A DNA stretch of 64,000 bases, taken from positions 186,001-250,000 of the forward strand of contig PPNB01000009.1 in NCBI GenBank assembly GCA_003707115.1, read 5' to 3'. How positions within the stretch are numbered: position 1 is the first letter of the stretch; each line of letters opens with the position of its first letter. The stretch is from Tortispora ganteri. Taxonomy: Eukaryota. The notes beneath the pieces were generated by a model. It made no database searches, was not told the DNA's origin, and was given only the letters and a program-made list of their open reading frames with translations. Below are positions 62,693 through 64,000 of the stretch, piece by piece. The translations under genes were made by a program, and so were the position numbers.

Positions 62693-64000
62693 ATGGCATC
62701 TGTTCCAATAACTGAACCCGTGTCAGATACGTCGAAAATGAATTCTCCTTCCAACATCGTTCCAGTTTGTAAAAAATGCGATCTACCTCTATTGGAAGGC
62801 CGCGCTTATGAGTTGGGCGAATATAGATGGCACTTGGATTGTTTTAAGTGTTCCTCGTGCAACTCTCAACTAGATTGCGACACTCATCTTCTTGTTTTAG
62901 GTAATGGTTCACTGATCTGTTCCAACTGTTCCTATCGATGTGCTTCCTGCAATAAAAGAATCGAAGAGCTCGCTATCCTCACGGGAAGCCAAGCTTACTG
63001 TTCTGAATGTTTTATTTGCAGAAATTGCAAGTCTAAAATTGAAAACCTCAAATATGCCCGCACATCTCAAGGTATATTCTGCATGAAGTGTCACGAAGCA
63101 CTTTTGCGCCGACGTAAACGCAAAATCAAACAGAAGCAAGAGAGGAAAGAAGTTGAAGATGCTGAACCTTCGTTGCAGCAGAACAAATCTCACCACATTA
63201 AATCTCAAGATATGAAACTGCGTCGTTCTTCCTCCTCTGCAGCTAATTCCAGTTTCAGTGCACAAACTATGAGCAGGTCTCTCTCCAATTCTATTTCTCG
63301 TTCCAGGTCTACTCGTTCAAGTAATAAACAGCTCCCTGATATCCCACAGCTGGATTCTACTGGTGATCCTTCCACAGATGACTCGGAGTCGGTGAACAAG
63401 AGCAATACGGATGGAGAATTTTTTTCTATGCCTGAAGACTTAGAAGTCTCTACAGCTGTCCTTTCTTCTTCACCAGTAGTACATCCAATTTCGAAGCCAA
63501 CACATTCACGAGCCTACAGCGAGCAGAAATTGTCAGTTTTGCAAGAAGGATTACCTTTAAAAGAACGTTCTTATTCAGATTTCACTTCATACACGCACGA
63601 TGATAACATTGATGATTATCACCAACCGCAACTTACACCCAATATTGAAAACCAAGAGACAAAAGCATTAGAAGACCGTGTCTCATCCTCTCCTCCAGAT
63701 GAGAAATCCACCACTAATAAATTACAAGCGTTGCACGAGCCTTCAGTGCCTGCTACGAATTGCACCGAGATTACTGATCAGCATTCTTCGTTCCAGTTTC
63801 CGGGCGACCAACCTACAATCTCCAGCTCCGGATCTTCAGATGAGACGGTTGATGCTGATACAGATGTTAATGTCAACTCAATCAACAGCAAAAATGCGAC
63901 TGTTGACGCTGTTTTACATACCCCTAAAAAATTGCATGCTATTGCTGACCCTAACTCCGCGCACTCTTATGGACTACCTAGCGTTCCGAAAGATATTTCT
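62693..64000 (+). CDS. RGA1: LIM-domain Rho GAP, N-terminal part (runs off window)
   Basis: Missing from the ORF track, presumably because it has no stop in the window; translates MASVP...CKKCDLPLLEGRAYELGEYRWHLDCFKC...LLVLGNGSLICSNCSYRCASC...YARTSQGIFCMKCH (two LIM domains of Rga1/Rga2 type). Confidence 0.9.
   Translation, partial: MASVPITEPVSDTSKMNSPSNIVPVCKKCDLPLLEGRAYELGEYRWHLDCFKCSSCNSQLDCDTHLLVLGNGSLICSNCSYRCASCNKRIEELAILTGSQAYCSECFICRNCKSKIENLKYARTSQGIFCMKCHEALLRRRKRKIKQKQERKEVEDAEPSLQQNKSHHIKSQDMKLRRSSSSAANSSFSAQTMSRSLSNSISRSRSTRSSNKQLPDIPQLDSTGDPSTDDSESVNKSNTDGEFFSMPEDLEVSTAVLSSSPVVHPISKPTHSRAYSEQKLSVLQEGLPLKERSYSDFTSYTHDDNIDDYHQPQLTPNIENQETKALEDRVSSSPPDEKSTTNKLQALHEPSVPATNCTEITDQHSSFQFPGDQPTISSSGSSDETVDADTDVNVNSINSKNATVDAVLHTPKKLHAIADPNSAHSYGLPSVPKDIS

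Noticed and set aside
284..63405. Many short ORFs in the six-frame track overlapping the called genes (e.g. 5770-6288, 21784-22257, 36798-37439, 36991-37593, 62909-63265)
   Set aside because: Antisense or alternate-frame shadows of clearly conserved genes, often with non-ATG starts and no recognisable motifs

Overview
A gene-dense, intron-poor stretch of a budding-yeast-like (Saccharomycotina) nuclear chromosome. The CTG codons I checked read sensibly as Leu under the standard code. It holds about 38 protein-coding genes, most with recognisable yeast orthologs (NOP7, SAC1, PPZ1, BXI1, DOM34, SED5, TRP5, NOT2, UFE1, YRB2, EFM4, NSE3, a G1 cyclin, TIM13, RPN14, CEG1, VMA21, PPE1, MPH1, IKS1, YPT52, FAB1, CNL1, EAF7, FPR1, CAT2, ASK1, AVL9, SDT1, RGA1). 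There is also one tRNA-Lys(CTT) and two short spliceosomal introns. Several genes not known to me from S. cerevisiae are present (kinesin-6, Ric8-like, UPF0183/PHAF1-like, Elongin-B-like UBL), which suggests an early-diverging yeast lineage. The most interesting items are: (1) an alpha/beta-hydrolase fused to a metazoan-capping-enzyme/DUSP11-type cysteine RNA 5'-triphosphatase, head-to-head with DOM34; (2) an Elongin-B-like ubiquitin-fold protein; (3) a C-terminally truncated Ric8; (4) a 48-bp CNL1/EAF7 bidirectional spacer whose inverted repeat covers both start codons. I saw no mobile elements or CRISPR arrays. All family assignments come from motif recognition by eye, not database searches.
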